A stretch of DNA of 64,000 nt from Gelidibacter sp. (GCF_035577925.1 NZ_DATJCY010000077.1:185-64184); one strand, 5' to 3'. Numbered from the stretch's first letter, positions 49,526 through 59,799 are shown. Notes: generated by a model from the letters alone, not told the origin. Numbers and translations are program-made.

Positions 49526-50902
49526 ATGAATATGAAGAAGTTCGCTTTATTAACCGCTGTTTTAGCTCTATTGGCAAGTTGTAATTCTGGAGACAGAGGA
49601 GAACTGGTTGGAGTTAAAGGAAAGAAATGGCATCCAGAAAAACCTTACGGAATGACACTTGTCCCAGGTGGTTCATTCATCATGGGTAAATCGGATGATG
49701 ATTTGGCTGGTATCCACGATGCGCCAACCAAAACTGCAACTGTTAGGGCCTTTTACATGGACGAAACTGAAATCACAAATAGTGAGTACCGTCAGTTTGT
49801 CAACTGGGTAAGAGATTCTATCATCAGAACAAAATTGGCTATTATGGCCGATGAGATTGGTGAAACGCCCGGAAATGGTGGCATTGGAGAATTTGCGTTT
49901 AGAGATGCAGATCCTGAAAAAATGACTGTCTATGAAAAGTACATGTACGATAATTATAGTGGTTTAGGACCAACCGGCTTTGAGGGTCGACCTTTAAACA
50001 AAAAGGTGAAGCTCATTTTTGATACTAGTAAGTATCCGGATGAGTATTATGCTGAGGTAATGGATACCATGTATTTGTCATTGGAAGAATCGTATAACGG
50101 ACAACGTACCTGGGACGTTACAAAATTTAAGTATAAATATACTGAAATGGATATCCAAAAAGCGGCCAAAAACAGAAACTTAAAGCGTAAAGATGCTTTG
50201 ATGACTCAAGAAATTCAAATTTATCCGGATACAACCGTGTGGATTAGAGATTTCGCGTATTCCTATAATGAGCCAATGCACAATGATTATTTTTGGCACG
50301 AAGCTTATGGCGCCTATCCAGTTGTAGGAGTGTCTTGGAAACAGGCCAATGCATTTTGTAACTGGAGGACTTTATATAAAAATGCCTATCAAAAAAGTAA
50401 AGGTGCACGAAATGTAAACTCATTCAGATTGCCTTCAGAGGCGGAGTGGGAATATGCGGCCAGAGGTGGTTTACAAGGTGCAACATTCCCATGGGGAGGA
50501 CCTTATGCTAAAGACGATAGAGGTTGTTTCTTGGCAAACTTTAAACCATTGCGTGGCGATTATGCAGCAGATATGGCACTCTATACTGTTGAAGCAAAAT
50601 CATATGAGCCTAATGATTTTAACCTATACAACATGGCGGGTAACGTATCCGAATGGGTACAAGGATCATATGACCCGGCATCTTATGAATATATGTCAAC
50701 CATCAATCCTAACGTGAATGATCCTGATAACCAACGTAAAGTGGTAAGAGGTGGTTCATGGAAAGATGTTGCTTATTTCCTACAGGTAAGTTCAAGAGAC
50801 TATGAATATGCCGACTCTTCACGTAGCTATATTGGCTTCAGAACCGTACAAGATTATATGGGAACTGATATCACAGCTAATGCAGCTACAAATAAAAACT
50901 AG
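49526..50902 (+). CDS. gldK: Gliding motility/T9SS lipoprotein GldK
   Basis: Lipobox LLASC; FGE-sulfatase fold (FYMDETEITN, RLPSEAEWEYAARGG, NMAGNVSEW, VVRGGSW, IGFR). Confidence 0.96.
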   Translation: MNMKKFALLTAVLALLASCNSGDRGELVGVKGKKWHPEKPYGMTLVPGGSFIMGKSDDDLAGIHDAPTKTATVRAFYMDETEITNSEYRQFVNWVRDSIIRTKLAIMADEIGETPGNGGIGEFAFRDADPEKMTVYEKYMYDNYSGLGPTGFEGRPLNKKVKLIFDTSKYPDEYYAEVMDTMYLSLEESYNGQRTWDVTKFKYKYTEMDIQKAAKNRNLKRKDALMTQEIQIYPDTTVWIRDFAYSYNEPMHNDYFWHEAYGAYPVVGVSWKQANAFCNWRTLYKNAYQKSKGARNVNSFRLPSEAEWEYAARGGLQGATFPWGGPYAKDDRGCFLANFKPLRGDYAADMALYTVEAKSYEPNDFNLYNMAGNVSEWVQGSYDPASYEYMSTINPNVNDPDNQRKVVRGGSWKDVAYFLQVSSRDYEYADSSRSYIGFRTVQDYMGTDITANAATNKN

Positions 50903-50972
50903 TATTTTATTAACCAAAACTAAATATTTAATCTACTTAAAGAATTTTTAACTTAACTAAAAAACAGAAATT

Positions 50973-51614
50973 ATGGCACAATCACGAGTAAGAAAAAGAA
51001 TTATGGTAATGACCTATGGTCTAGGCGCCGCTGTAGTAATCCTAGGAGCATTATTTAAATTGATGCACTGGCCTTTCGGTAACGAAATGTTAATTATCGG
51101 TTTAGTTGTAGAATCGATAGTATTCGCAGTATCCGCATTTGAACCCATTGAAGATGATTTAGATTGGTCATTGGTATATCCTGAATTAGCGGGAGGTCCA
51201 GCCAATAACAATAAGAAAGTAGCAGCATTAGAGCCTAAGGACGCAGAAGGTCTTTTGTCTAAAAAATTAGACGAGTTACTTAAAGATGCCAAAATTGATG
51301 GTGAGCTTATGGCCAGCCTGGGCAATAGCATTAAAAACTTTGAAGGTGCTGCCAAAGGCATTAGCCCTACGGTAGATTCAATGGCTGCAACCAGAAAATA
51401 CAGTGAAGAAATGTCATTGGCGGCTGCACAAATGGAATCATTGAACAGTTTGTATAAAGTTCAAATGGAATCTGCAACCCGTCAAGCGGCAATCAATGAG
51501 GAAGCTGTTGAAAATGCAGCAAAACTTAAAGATCAAATGCAATCTTTAGCGTCTAACTTATCATCATTAAATGGTGTTTATGGAGGAATGCTTTCTGCGA
51601 TGAACAGAAACTAA
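50973..51614 (+). CDS. gldL: Gliding motility/T9SS motor protein GldL
   Basis: YGLGAAVVILGALFKLMHW, SAFEP, DWSLVYPEL, C-terminal NGVYGGMLSAM. Confidence 0.96.
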   Translation: MAQSRVRKRIMVMTYGLGAAVVILGALFKLMHWPFGNEMLIIGLVVESIVFAVSAFEPIEDDLDWSLVYPELAGGPANNNKKVAALEPKDAEGLLSKKLDELLKDAKIDGELMASLGNSIKNFEGAAKGISPTVDSMAATRKYSEEMSLAAAQMESLNSLYKVQMESATRQAAINEEAVENAAKLKDQMQSLASNLSSLNGVYGGMLSAMNRN

Positions 51615-51653
51615 TTAGTAGTCATATAAACCAACAATTAAAACTAATTAGAA

Positions 51654-53192
51654 ATGGCAGGAGGAAAACAGTCCCCGAGACAGAAAATGATTAACCTTAT
51701 GTATTTGGTGTTCATCGCAATGATGGCACTTAATATGTCAAAAGAAGTGCTCTCGGCATTTGGGTTAATGAACGAAAGAATCAGTGATTCTAACGCATCG
51801 GCTACGGTTCGTAACAATGCATTTATGCAAGGATTGGCAGATAAAGTTGCTGAACAACCGGCAAAATATCAGCCTATAAAAGCAAAGGCCGATCAGATTG
51901 ATCAACTTTCATCAACATTTAATAACTATATAGAAGGTGTTAAAACAGAAATGTTGAAAACTGTTAAAGATCCATCAAATTATGAGGAAATGGATAGAAC
52001 AGATCACTTGGATCAGAAATGGTTCAGCGCTGATAATATGAGTAAAGATGGCCAGGAGTTTTTGAATCAAATCAAAGCTTATAGAGAAGGCGTTATCCAA
52101 GTATTAGGTGAAGAGAATAAAGATATCCAAGCCGATATCATGAAGAAATTTGCGACTGATGATGTCAAAACATCTGAAGGTATCACCAAAGGATGGTTAA
52201 ACTATCATTTTGCAGGTTTCCCAATGGTAGCTTCATTAACGAAGCTTACACAGATGCAAGCCGATGTTAAAACGATTGAGTCTGAAGTATTGTCTTCGAT
52301 GTTAGCCGGTGAGCAGGTTAAACAATTATCCATGAGAAATTACTCGGCAATTGTAATTCCTGAAAAAACAGCATTCTTTAGTGGTGAAAACTTCAAAGGA
52401 AAAGTAGTTTTAGGACGTTTTGACAATACACTTAATTTTGAAAACGTTGTGATCAACGGAAACAAATTAGAGAATATTGAAGGCGGCCAAGTTGTGCTAG
52501 ATTTCCCTGCAGGTGCAGTGGGTGAGCGTGACATTAAAGGTACTTTACAGTTTAAGGAAGGCGACGAAATTGTTGATATTCCTATTGTAAGCAAATATGC
52601 CGTAGTTCCTAAACCAAACTCAGCAACAATTTCAGCAGATAAGATGAATGTGGTTTACCGTGGTGTTGATAACCCAATGACTATTTCGTTTGCAGGTGTT
52701 TCAGATAATAATGTAAATGCTACTGCTCCTGGATTGTCAAAAGGATCAGGCACTGGTAAGTATGTTATGAGACCGGGGGCTGGTAAAGAAGTGACGATTA
52801 ATGTTGTGGGAAAACTGCCTGATGGAAGTTCAGTGAGCGACAAATCGACCTTTAGAATCAAGGATATCCCTAAACCAGCTGGTACCATTGCAGGGCAAGC
52901 TGATAACGTAAGTTTACCTAAAAACAATGTTGAAATTGCAACAGTCGCTGCTAAATTATTTGATTTTGATTTTGATTTAGATATTAATGTAACATCATTC
53001 AAAATTAAAGTTCCTGGACAACCAACAGTAAGTGTTAATGGCAACCGGATGAGTGACCAAGCGAAAAACGCTTTACGTAAAGCACCTCGTGGAGAGTCTG
53101 TACAAATTTTCGATATCAAATCAGAAATCAAAGGAAATAGTAGTATTAAATTGCTTCCAGCGTCGCCAGTGTTTATTGAAATATCAAACTAA
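51654..53192 (+). CDS. gldM: Gliding motility/T9SS motor protein GldM
   Basis: SPRQKMINLMYLVFIAMMALNMSKEVL, SADKMNVVYRGVDNP, FRIKDIPKP. Confidence 0.97.
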   Translation: MAGGKQSPRQKMINLMYLVFIAMMALNMSKEVLSAFGLMNERISDSNASATVRNNAFMQGLADKVAEQPAKYQPIKAKADQIDQLSSTFNNYIEGVKTEMLKTVKDPSNYEEMDRTDHLDQKWFSADNMSKDGQEFLNQIKAYREGVIQVLGEENKDIQADIMKKFATDDVKTSEGITKGWLNYHFAGFPMVASLTKLTQMQADVKTIESEVLSSMLAGEQVKQLSMRNYSAIVIPEKTAFFSGENFKGKVVLGRFDNTLNFENVVINGNKLENIEGGQVVLDFPAGAVGERDIKGTLQFKEGDEIVDIPIVSKYAVVPKPNSATISADKMNVVYRGVDNPMTISFAGVSDNNVNATAPGLSKGSGTGKYVMRPGAGKEVTINVVGKLPDGSSVSDKSTFRIKDIPKPAGTIAGQADNVSLPKNNVEIATVAAKLFDFDFDLDINVTSFKIKVPGQPTVSVNGNRMSDQAKNALRKAPRGESVQIFDIKSEIKGNSSIKLLPASPVFIEISN

Positions 53193-53261
53193 TATACTAT
53201 TGGTAGCGTTGTAACGTTGAACATAACAATGTAGGTAATGTCCCAAATAATAATTAAAAAT

Positions 53262-54161
53262 ATGAAATTAAAATATTGTTTATTAACCGTTTTAAGTATT
53301 GGCTTTGCCGTGAGTTCATTTGGACAAGCAAACTTGCTCAATGCAAAAACACCCGATGAAATTGGTGTAAAATCTGATGCCCAAAAGGCTCTGGATAACG
53401 ACAGACCGCTTGAATACGGTTATGTTGATGATAGGGATATCATGTTTTCAAAAATGACCTGGGAAAAAGTGGTTCTTGACGAACGTGTCAACTTCCCTTT
53501 ATATTACCCAATTGACACCAATAATATTGGCCCGGAAAGACGCTCTTTATTTGACGTATTATGGAAAAACGTAAGAGAAGGGAAAATTCAAAATGTTTAT
53601 GACGACTCTTACTTTACCGTTAAACGTCAATTGGGAGATATCCAAGCTACCATGTCAAAAGTTGATACTTTAGATATTGGATACCAACAATATAACTCTG
53701 AAGGCTTTGTATCGCCGGAATATATCGTAAAAAGAGATATTCAAGCGTATGACATCAGTGCCTACCTTATTAAAGGATTGTGGTATTTTGACAAACGTCA
53801 AGGCGAATTGAAATACAGACTTTTAGGAATTGCACCAGCGGCACCGGATGTTAACTTTATTGACTCAGACAATGAAGCCAATAAAGAGCCTATCGCTTTG
53901 TTCTGGGTGTTTTATCCAGAAGTTAGAAATGTGTTGCACGAAGCCAAAGCGTTCAATAACCAAAATAGCGCGATGCCTTTCTCATTTGACCATTTGTTGA
54001 ATTCTCGACGATTCAACGGTTATATGTATAAGGAAGAAAACGTGTATGGTGACCGAGAAGTGAGCGAGTACATTGCTGAAAACGCCTTGATGCAGCTCAT
54101 GGAATCTGACCGAATTAAAGAAAAGATTCGTGATTTTGAACAAGATATGTGGGCATATTAA
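53262..54161 (+). CDS. gldN: Gliding motility/T9SS protein GldN
   Basis: LDERVNFPLYYP, WYFDKRQGELKYRLLGIAP, LFWVFYPE, FDHLLNSRRF, FEQDMW. Start ATG 53262 (53238 possible). Confidence 0.95.
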   Translation: MKLKYCLLTVLSIGFAVSSFGQANLLNAKTPDEIGVKSDAQKALDNDRPLEYGYVDDRDIMFSKMTWEKVVLDERVNFPLYYPIDTNNIGPERRSLFDVLWKNVREGKIQNVYDDSYFTVKRQLGDIQATMSKVDTLDIGYQQYNSEGFVSPEYIVKRDIQAYDISAYLIKGLWYFDKRQGELKYRLLGIAPAAPDVNFIDSDNEANKEPIALFWVFYPEVRNVLHEAKAFNNQNSAMPFSFDHLLNSRRFNGYMYKEENVYGDREVSEYIAENALMQLMESDRIKEKIRDFEQDMWAY

Positions 54162-54185
54162 TTGCTCCTCATTAAAATTAATTAG

Positions 54186-54214
54186 AAACGCCCGCTCAAA
54201 AGTGGGCGTTTTTT
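54186..54214 (+). terminator. Intrinsic terminator of the gldKLMN operon
   Basis: aaacgcccgct-caaa-agtgggcgttt-ttt. Confidence 0.85.
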
Positions 54215-54256
54215 GGTTTAAAATAAATTCTAAATAGAGGATTGAACTTAGAATTG

Positions 54257-54264
54257 TATTTTTG
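54257..54264 (+). promoter_or_regulatory. sigmaA -7 element TATTTTTG
   Basis: Consensus match ending 6 bp before ATG 54270. Confidence 0.5.
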
Positions 54265-54269
54265 CGATT

Positions 54270-55319
54270 ATGGAAGAAGTTGATTATATCATTGTAGGTT
54301 GTGGACTGGCAGGTGTGTCTTTTTGTGAACAACTAAGAGCACATAATAAATCGTTTGTAGTCTTTAACGACGATTCTCAGCAATCGTCGGTCGTTGCTGC
54401 AGGTTTGTATAATCCGGTTATATTAAAACGCTTTACTGGCGTTTGGAAAGCCAAAGAACAATTGAAAATGGCCAAGCTGTTTTATGCAGAACTTGAAACC
54501 TTGTTAGGTGTTAAACTCGATTATGAATTGCCGCTTTATAGAAAATTTGCATCTATTGAAGAACAAAACGAATGGTTTAATGCTTCTGATAAACCAACTT
54601 TAGAAGCATACCTGTTTCCGAAAATTGTAAAAAATGACAATCCATTTGTTAATGCATCTTTTGGTTTTGGAAAGGTTCTGGAAACCGGTCGGTTGGATAC
54701 GTCTGCTTTGTTAAAACACTATATACTTTATTTAAAGAGTATCGATTCTTATCAAAATGAATCGTTTGATTATTCTGTTTTGAATATTCAGGACAATGTC
54801 ATCATGTACAAAAATATTCGTAGCAGAGTCATTGTTTTTGCCGAAGGATTTGGCATGGTCAAAAATCCATATTTTAAAAATCTACCATTGAATGTTGCCA
54901 AAGGAGAAGTTCTAACTATAAAAGCTCCCGATTTAAAAATTGATTTTATATTAAAATCTTCGGTATTTGTGGTTCCAGAAGGCGATGATCTTTATTCGGT
55001 GGGTGCCACTTATAATTGGGAAGATAAAACCAATGAGGCAACTGAAGCTGCAAAAGATGAATTGCTAACCAAGTTAAACGAACTTATCAGCTGTGATTAT
55101 GAGGTGGTCCACCAAGTGGCGGGTATTCGTCCAACCGTTAAAGATAGACGACCTATTGTTGGGTCACATACAGATTACAAAAACGTAGTTATCTTAAATG
55201 GATTGGGAACGCGTGGTGTGATGATCGGGCCTTATGTCGCCAAACAATTATATGACCATTTAGAGCATAATTTACCTTTGGAATCTGAAATCGATATCGA
55301 ACGTTTTCAGTCCCGATAA
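54270..55319 (+). CDS. FAD-dependent oxidoreductase (DAO/glycine oxidase-like)
   Basis: IIVGCGLAG, SVVAAGLYNP, KGEVL, VGATY, AGIRPTVKDRRP, NGLGTRGV. Confidence 0.9.
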   Translation: MEEVDYIIVGCGLAGVSFCEQLRAHNKSFVVFNDDSQQSSVVAAGLYNPVILKRFTGVWKAKEQLKMAKLFYAELETLLGVKLDYELPLYRKFASIEEQNEWFNASDKPTLEAYLFPKIVKNDNPFVNASFGFGKVLETGRLDTSALLKHYILYLKSIDSYQNESFDYSVLNIQDNVIMYKNIRSRVIVFAEGFGMVKNPYFKNLPLNVAKGEVLTIKAPDLKIDFILKSSVFVVPEGDDLYSVGATYNWEDKTNEATEAAKDELLTKLNELISCDYEVVHQVAGIRPTVKDRRPIVGSHTDYKNVVILNGLGTRGVMIGPYVAKQLYDHLEHNLPLESEIDIERFQSR

Positions 55320-55336
55320 ATTCCTTTGATTTTAAA

Positions 55337-55732
55337 TTATTGATGAACTTGTTTGTCAACTAAATTTTTATCCACATGGATAAAAATATTGACCCAAATC
55401 GTTCTGGAAATACGCATTATAAATGGCATAAATACAACAAGTGTGGCAATAATGGCAATAAATGCCGTATTTAAAGAAGAACTGAAAATAAAGTAACTTA
55501 TAATAAATGCAGCAACGGCAAAAGCAATTCCAACACCATAACTAACATACATGGATCCAAAAAAGAAAGAGGGTTCCAAGCGGTATTTGGTTTGACAATG
55601 CGAACATTTTTCCTTTACTTTTAAAGTATCTCTTAAATTATATGGATTCGGATTGACATACATTGATTCCATATTGCATTTTGGGCAAGTATCGGTTAAT
55701 ATACTATATAGTTTAGTTCCTTTTTTTATCAT
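55337..55732 (-). CDS. DUF983 family zinc-ribbon membrane protein
   Basis: TCPKC...CSHC, EPSFFFGSMYVSY, two TMs, RISRTIW. Confidence 0.88.
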   Translation of the reverse strand: MIKKGTKLYSILTDTCPKCNMESMYVNPNPYNLRDTLKVKEKCSHCQTKYRLEPSFFFGSMYVSYGVGIAFAVAAFIISYFIFSSSLNTAFIAIIATLVVFMPFIMRISRTIWVNIFIHVDKNLVDKQVHQ

Positions 55733-55742
55733 GGTTTTTGAT

Positions 55743-55775
55743 TACTTTTGCGTTTTCAAATAAAACACAAAGTTA
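55743..55775. promoter_or_regulatory. Face-to-face -7 elements: TACTTTTG (+, 55743-55750) and TAACTTTG (-, 55768-55775)
   Basis: Two TAnnTTTG matches in the 85-bp spacer between the divergent DUF983 and ABC-F genes. Confidence 0.5.
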
Positions 55776-55817
55776 AGATTTTTAAAATCAATAACTTGTT
55801 GCAATACTCCTAAAATA

Positions 55818-57725
55818 ATGCTCAATATACATAATCTTTCTATTTCTTTTCAGGGCGAATTTCTTTTTGAAGACATCACTTTCAGGCTTGGTGCCGGAGA
55901 TAGAATTGGACTTATCGGCAAAAATGGTGCTGGCAAATCAACCATGCTCAAAATTCTTTCAAAAGAAATGGAGCCAGATACTGGTCAAATTGCTGCTGAT
56001 AAAAATTTGAGTATCGGATTTCTAAAACAAGATATTGATTTCGTTTTAGGAAGAACTGTTCTTGAAGAAGCTTACGAGGCCTTTGAAGAAATCAGAATGC
56101 TGGAAGCCAAAATAGATGATATTAATCATCAGTTAGTGGAGCGAACCGATTATGAAAGTGAAATATACCATCAGCTCATGGTCGATTTGAATGATGTTCA
56201 GCATCAATATGAAATCATAGGCGGTTATAATTATCAAGGTGAAACAGAGAAAATCCTTCAAGGTTTGGGTTTTAAACGCGAAGATTTTAATAAACTTACT
56301 GATACGTTTTCCGGTGGATGGCGCATGCGTATTGAACTCGCCAAACTATTATTGCAAAACAATGATATTCTACTTTTGGACGAGCCAACCAACCATTTGG
56401 ATATTGAATCTATTATTTGGTTGGAAGGTTTCTTGAAGACCTATATTGGCGCAGTAGTTATTGTGTCGCACGATAAAATGTTTTTGGATAATGTCACCAA
56501 TCGGACGATAGAAATTTCGCTTGGACGAATTTACGATTATAAAAAACCATATTCGCAATATTTGGTGCTTCGCAATGAAATCAAAGAGCAGCAACTCGCT
56601 TCACAAAAAAATCAGCAAAAGCAGATTGAACAAACCGAAAAGTTGATTGAAAAATTTAGAGCAAAAGCATCTAAAGCGACTATGGCACAATCGCTCATTA
56701 AAAAACTCGACCGCATGGATCGGATTGAAGTTGATGAGGATGATAACAGTGTGATGACGCTTAACTTTCCCGTATCTGTTATTCCCGGAAAAGTAGTGGT
56801 TGAAGCACATCATATTTCAAAAAAATATGGCGATTTAAGAGTCCTTAGCAATATTGATCTTAATGTTGAGCGCGAAAGTAAAATTGCATTTGTAGGTCAA
56901 AACGGTCAAGGTAAATCTACGTTGGCTAAAATCATTGTTGGTGAGCTCAAGCACGAAGGCCATTTGAAACTTGGCCATAATGTGCAGATTGGATATTTTG
57001 CCCAAAACCAAGCCGAGTATTTAGATGGTAATAAAACCGTACTCGACACTATGATAGATGCTGCCAATGAAAAGAATAGAAGTAAGGTGCGTGATATTTT
57101 AGGATCGTTTTTGTTTAGGGGCGATGAGGTCGAAAAATATGTAAAAGTACTTTCGGGTGGTGAACGAAACCGCTTGGCATTGGCCAAATTATTATTACAG
57201 CCCTTCAACGTATTGGTCATGGATGAGCCGACCAACCATTTGGATATCAAATCGAAAAATGTGTTGAAAGAAGCTTTGAAGCGTTTTGAAGGTACGTTGA
57301 TTTTGGTGTCGCACGATAGAGATTTTCTTCAAGGATTGACCAAAAGTGTTTATGAGTTTAAAGATCAAAAAATCAAAGAGTATTTAGGAGATATTGATTT
57401 TTATCTGGAACAGCGCAATGTCGAAAATTTACGTGAGGTTGAAAAGCGCGATGTGGTTAAAGAAGTGCCTAAAGAAACCAATAAACAATCGTACGAAGAT
57501 CAAAGAAAATCAAAATCCCTGAACAATAAGTTGAGTAATATTGAAGCTGAAATAAGCCAATATGAAAAGGAAATTAAGGTCATGGATGTTAATCTCGAAA
57601 CAGATTACGACAAAACGGTTGCTGATCCTAAGTTTTTTGAACGCTACGAATTCAAAAAGAAAAAACTGAATGCCTTAATGACCGAATGGGAAACTATTCA
57701 TGAAGAGCTTGAAGCTATTGGGTAA
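55818..57725 (+). CDS. ABC-F family ribosome-associated ATPase
   Basis: Two NBDs (GKNGAGKST/FSGGW/LDEPTNHLD; GQNGQGKST/LSGGE/MDEPTNHLD), helical interdomain linker, C-terminal coiled coil, no TM. Confidence 0.95.
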   Translation: MLNIHNLSISFQGEFLFEDITFRLGAGDRIGLIGKNGAGKSTMLKILSKEMEPDTGQIAADKNLSIGFLKQDIDFVLGRTVLEEAYEAFEEIRMLEAKIDDINHQLVERTDYESEIYHQLMVDLNDVQHQYEIIGGYNYQGETEKILQGLGFKREDFNKLTDTFSGGWRMRIELAKLLLQNNDILLLDEPTNHLDIESIIWLEGFLKTYIGAVVIVSHDKMFLDNVTNRTIEISLGRIYDYKKPYSQYLVLRNEIKEQQLASQKNQQKQIEQTEKLIEKFRAKASKATMAQSLIKKLDRMDRIEVDEDDNSVMTLNFPVSVIPGKVVVEAHHISKKYGDLRVLSNIDLNVERESKIAFVGQNGQGKSTLAKIIVGELKHEGHLKLGHNVQIGYFAQNQAEYLDGNKTVLDTMIDAANEKNRSKVRDILGSFLFRGDEVEKYVKVLSGGERNRLALAKLLLQPFNVLVMDEPTNHLDIKSKNVLKEALKRFEGTLILVSHDRDFLQGLTKSVYEFKDQKIKEYLGDIDFYLEQRNVENLREVEKRDVVKEVPKETNKQSYEDQRKSKSLNNKLSNIEAEISQYEKEIKVMDVNLETDYDKTVADPKFFERYEFKKKKLNALMTEWETIHEELEAIG

Positions 57726-57834
57726 AAATTTTTTACTAAGGTCCTACTAAAAACTGCTATTATTCTCCGTTTCAACATTAAAGTATTGTAAAATAAGAAG
57801 TTGTCATTATTGATATCAGCCTCTTTTTTATAAT

Positions 57835-57842
57835 TATCTTTG
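57835..57842 (+). promoter_or_regulatory. sigmaA -7 element TATCTTTG (DUF2851)
   Basis: Consensus match 44 bp upstream of the ATG. Confidence 0.5.
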
Positions 57843-57885
57843 TATCCTTGTAAAAGGCATTCATTATTATCTTAACTTTAATGAC

Positions 57886-59157
57886 ATGCAAGAGGATTTT
57901 CTACATTACGTTTGGCAGTTTAAAAGGTTTGATGTTGCTCATTTACGAACGACAACAAACGAGGTCATTACTTTGCTTAATACCGGTTGGCCCAATTTGA
58001 GTGGCGGTCCAGATTTTTTCAATGCACAACTTAAAATTGATGATCAGTTATGGGCCGGAAATGTTGAAATTCATATCAAAACAAGTGATTGGTATGTCCA
58101 TAACCATGAAGTTGATCCAGCGTATGACAATGTGATTTTGCATGTTGTGTATGATCATGATATTGATGTTTTTAGAAAAGATAATTCCTTGATTCCTACT
58201 TTAGAGTTGAAGAATTTGATTCATAAAAATGTAGTTGAGAATTATCAAAAACTGTTAACATCACCCCACAAATGGATCAATTGTGAAAATGATTTTGCTG
58301 AGGTCGATGATTTTGTAATCTCCAATTGGTTAGAGCGTTTGTATATTGAACGGCTTGAACGAAAATCAAAAAACATAGAAGTATTGCTACAATCTTCAAA
58401 AAACGATTGGGAAGCTGTTTTGTTTAAACTTTTGACAAAAAATTTTGGACTTAAAGTTAATGGTGATGCATTTTTGAGCTTGGCCAATTCGTTTGATTTC
58501 TCAATTGTTAGAAAAATACAATCAAAATCCTTGCAACTGGAAGCTTTGTTTTTTGGGCAATTTGGATTATTGGATAGACAAATCGAGAGCTCGTATTATG
58601 TGACGCTATCCAAAGATTATAATTTTTTAAAACAGAAGTTCAATTTGTCAAACAGTCAAGTGATGCCGCTTCAGTTTTTTAGGTTGAGACCGCCTAATTT
58701 TCCAACCATTAGATTATCGCAATTGGCCATGCTTTATCATCAACATACGAGTTTGTTTACAAAAATCATATCGGCTGAAAGCATTGAAGCGTTGTATGAA
58801 TTATTTGATATTTCAACTTCCGAATTTTGGAACACCCATTTTACGTTTGAAAAAACATCCCGGTTTGTGAAGAAAAAGCTCACAAAAAGCTTTATAGACT
58901 TACTGCTCATTAATACCATTCTTCCATTAAGATTCTGTTATCAACGGCATTTGGGTCAAAACGCCTCAGAATCCAGTTTGTTGATGGCACAAAAAATAGC
59001 ATCAGAGCAAAACGCAATTATCAAAGGTTTTAACAATTTAAGACCAATTTCAAATTCTGCACTGACCTCACAGGCATTGATTCAGTTAAAAACAGAATAT
59101 TGTGATAAAAACAGGTGTATGAGTTGCGCTATTGGTAATTCGGTTTTATTGACATAA
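57886..59157 (+). CDS. DUF2851 family protein
   Basis: MQEDFLHYVW, GPDFFNA, WAGNVEIH, DPAYDNVILHVV, RPPNFPTIRLSQLA, C-terminal YCDKNRCMSCAIG. Confidence 0.9.
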   Translation: MQEDFLHYVWQFKRFDVAHLRTTTNEVITLLNTGWPNLSGGPDFFNAQLKIDDQLWAGNVEIHIKTSDWYVHNHEVDPAYDNVILHVVYDHDIDVFRKDNSLIPTLELKNLIHKNVVENYQKLLTSPHKWINCENDFAEVDDFVISNWLERLYIERLERKSKNIEVLLQSSKNDWEAVLFKLLTKNFGLKVNGDAFLSLANSFDFSIVRKIQSKSLQLEALFFGQFGLLDRQIESSYYVTLSKDYNFLKQKFNLSNSQVMPLQFFRLRPPNFPTIRLSQLAMLYHQHTSLFTKIISAESIEALYELFDISTSEFWNTHFTFEKTSRFVKKKLTKSFIDLLLINTILPLRFCYQRHLGQNASESSLLMAQKIASEQNAIIKGFNNLRPISNSALTSQALIQLKTEYCDKNRCMSCAIGNSVLLT

Positions 59158-59208
59158 CGCCAATACGATTGATACTTCGTAAATCGTAAAATAATAGTAA
59201 CTTGCGGC

Positions 59209-59436
59209 ATGAATATTTTTTATAGGGCCTTATTATATTTTCAAAAACGTGGTTACTACGTTTGTCAGCGTATTGCCGATAGATTGGGAATACGGGCCAA
59301 GGTAGTGCGCACCTCTTTTATGTACCTCACTTTCGTAACACTTGGTTTTGGATTTGCTTTATATTTATTTATTGCCTTTTGGATGCGCATTAAAGATTTG
59401 ATTTATACAAAACGATCTTCTGTTTTCGATTTGTAA
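59209..59436 (+). CDS. PspC domain protein
   Basis: GYYVCQRIADRLGI...VRTSFMYLTF...LYLFIAFW; single TM. Confidence 0.85.
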   Translation: MNIFYRALLYFQKRGYYVCQRIADRLGIRAKVVRTSFMYLTFVTLGFGFALYLFIAFWMRIKDLIYTKRSSVFDL

Positions 59437-59445
59437 ATTGTCGTT

Positions 59446-59470
59446 TGGTGTTTATTGAACACCATTTTTT
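59446..59470 (+). terminator. Intrinsic terminator after the PspC gene
   Basis: tggtgtt-tattg-aacacca-tttttt. Confidence 0.7.
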
Positions 59471-59799
59471 AGTAAACACCCTATAAAACTGAACCGAATG
59501 CATCAGTTTTAAAATTTAATAAACGGTTCGATATATTGGGTTACCCAGTTTAAATATGCTGGTTTTTAGAGTTGAATGGAAGGCATAATATCTAATTGCA
59601 ATTCAGGTTTATATACTGTTTTATTCATTATACATGCGGTCTAATTTTAAGTTAATAATTTGAAAGATTAGAAACAACTTAACCTTATGGGGTATTTGTC
59701 TAATTTTCTTTTTAACAACTAAAATCTTATAAAATCATTTTTTTTTAGCATCTTGTGATGTTTTTTAAACAATTCTAACTAACCGCATAATAAAAACTT

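Noticed and set aside
49526-54161. gldKLMN as a new secretion system
   Set aside because: It is the well-characterised T9SS/gliding motor core in canonical order.
55818-57725. ABC-F as an antibiotic-resistance (ARE) factor
   Set aside because: Housekeeping context and no leader peptide or extended resistance loop recognised; it cannot be told apart from YheS/Uup/YbiT-like factors without phylogeny.
59471-59799. Glycine riboswitch or T-box upstream of the AGCS transporter
   Set aside because: The GGAGA/CCGAAG/CTYTCAGG and T-box consensus elements are absent.
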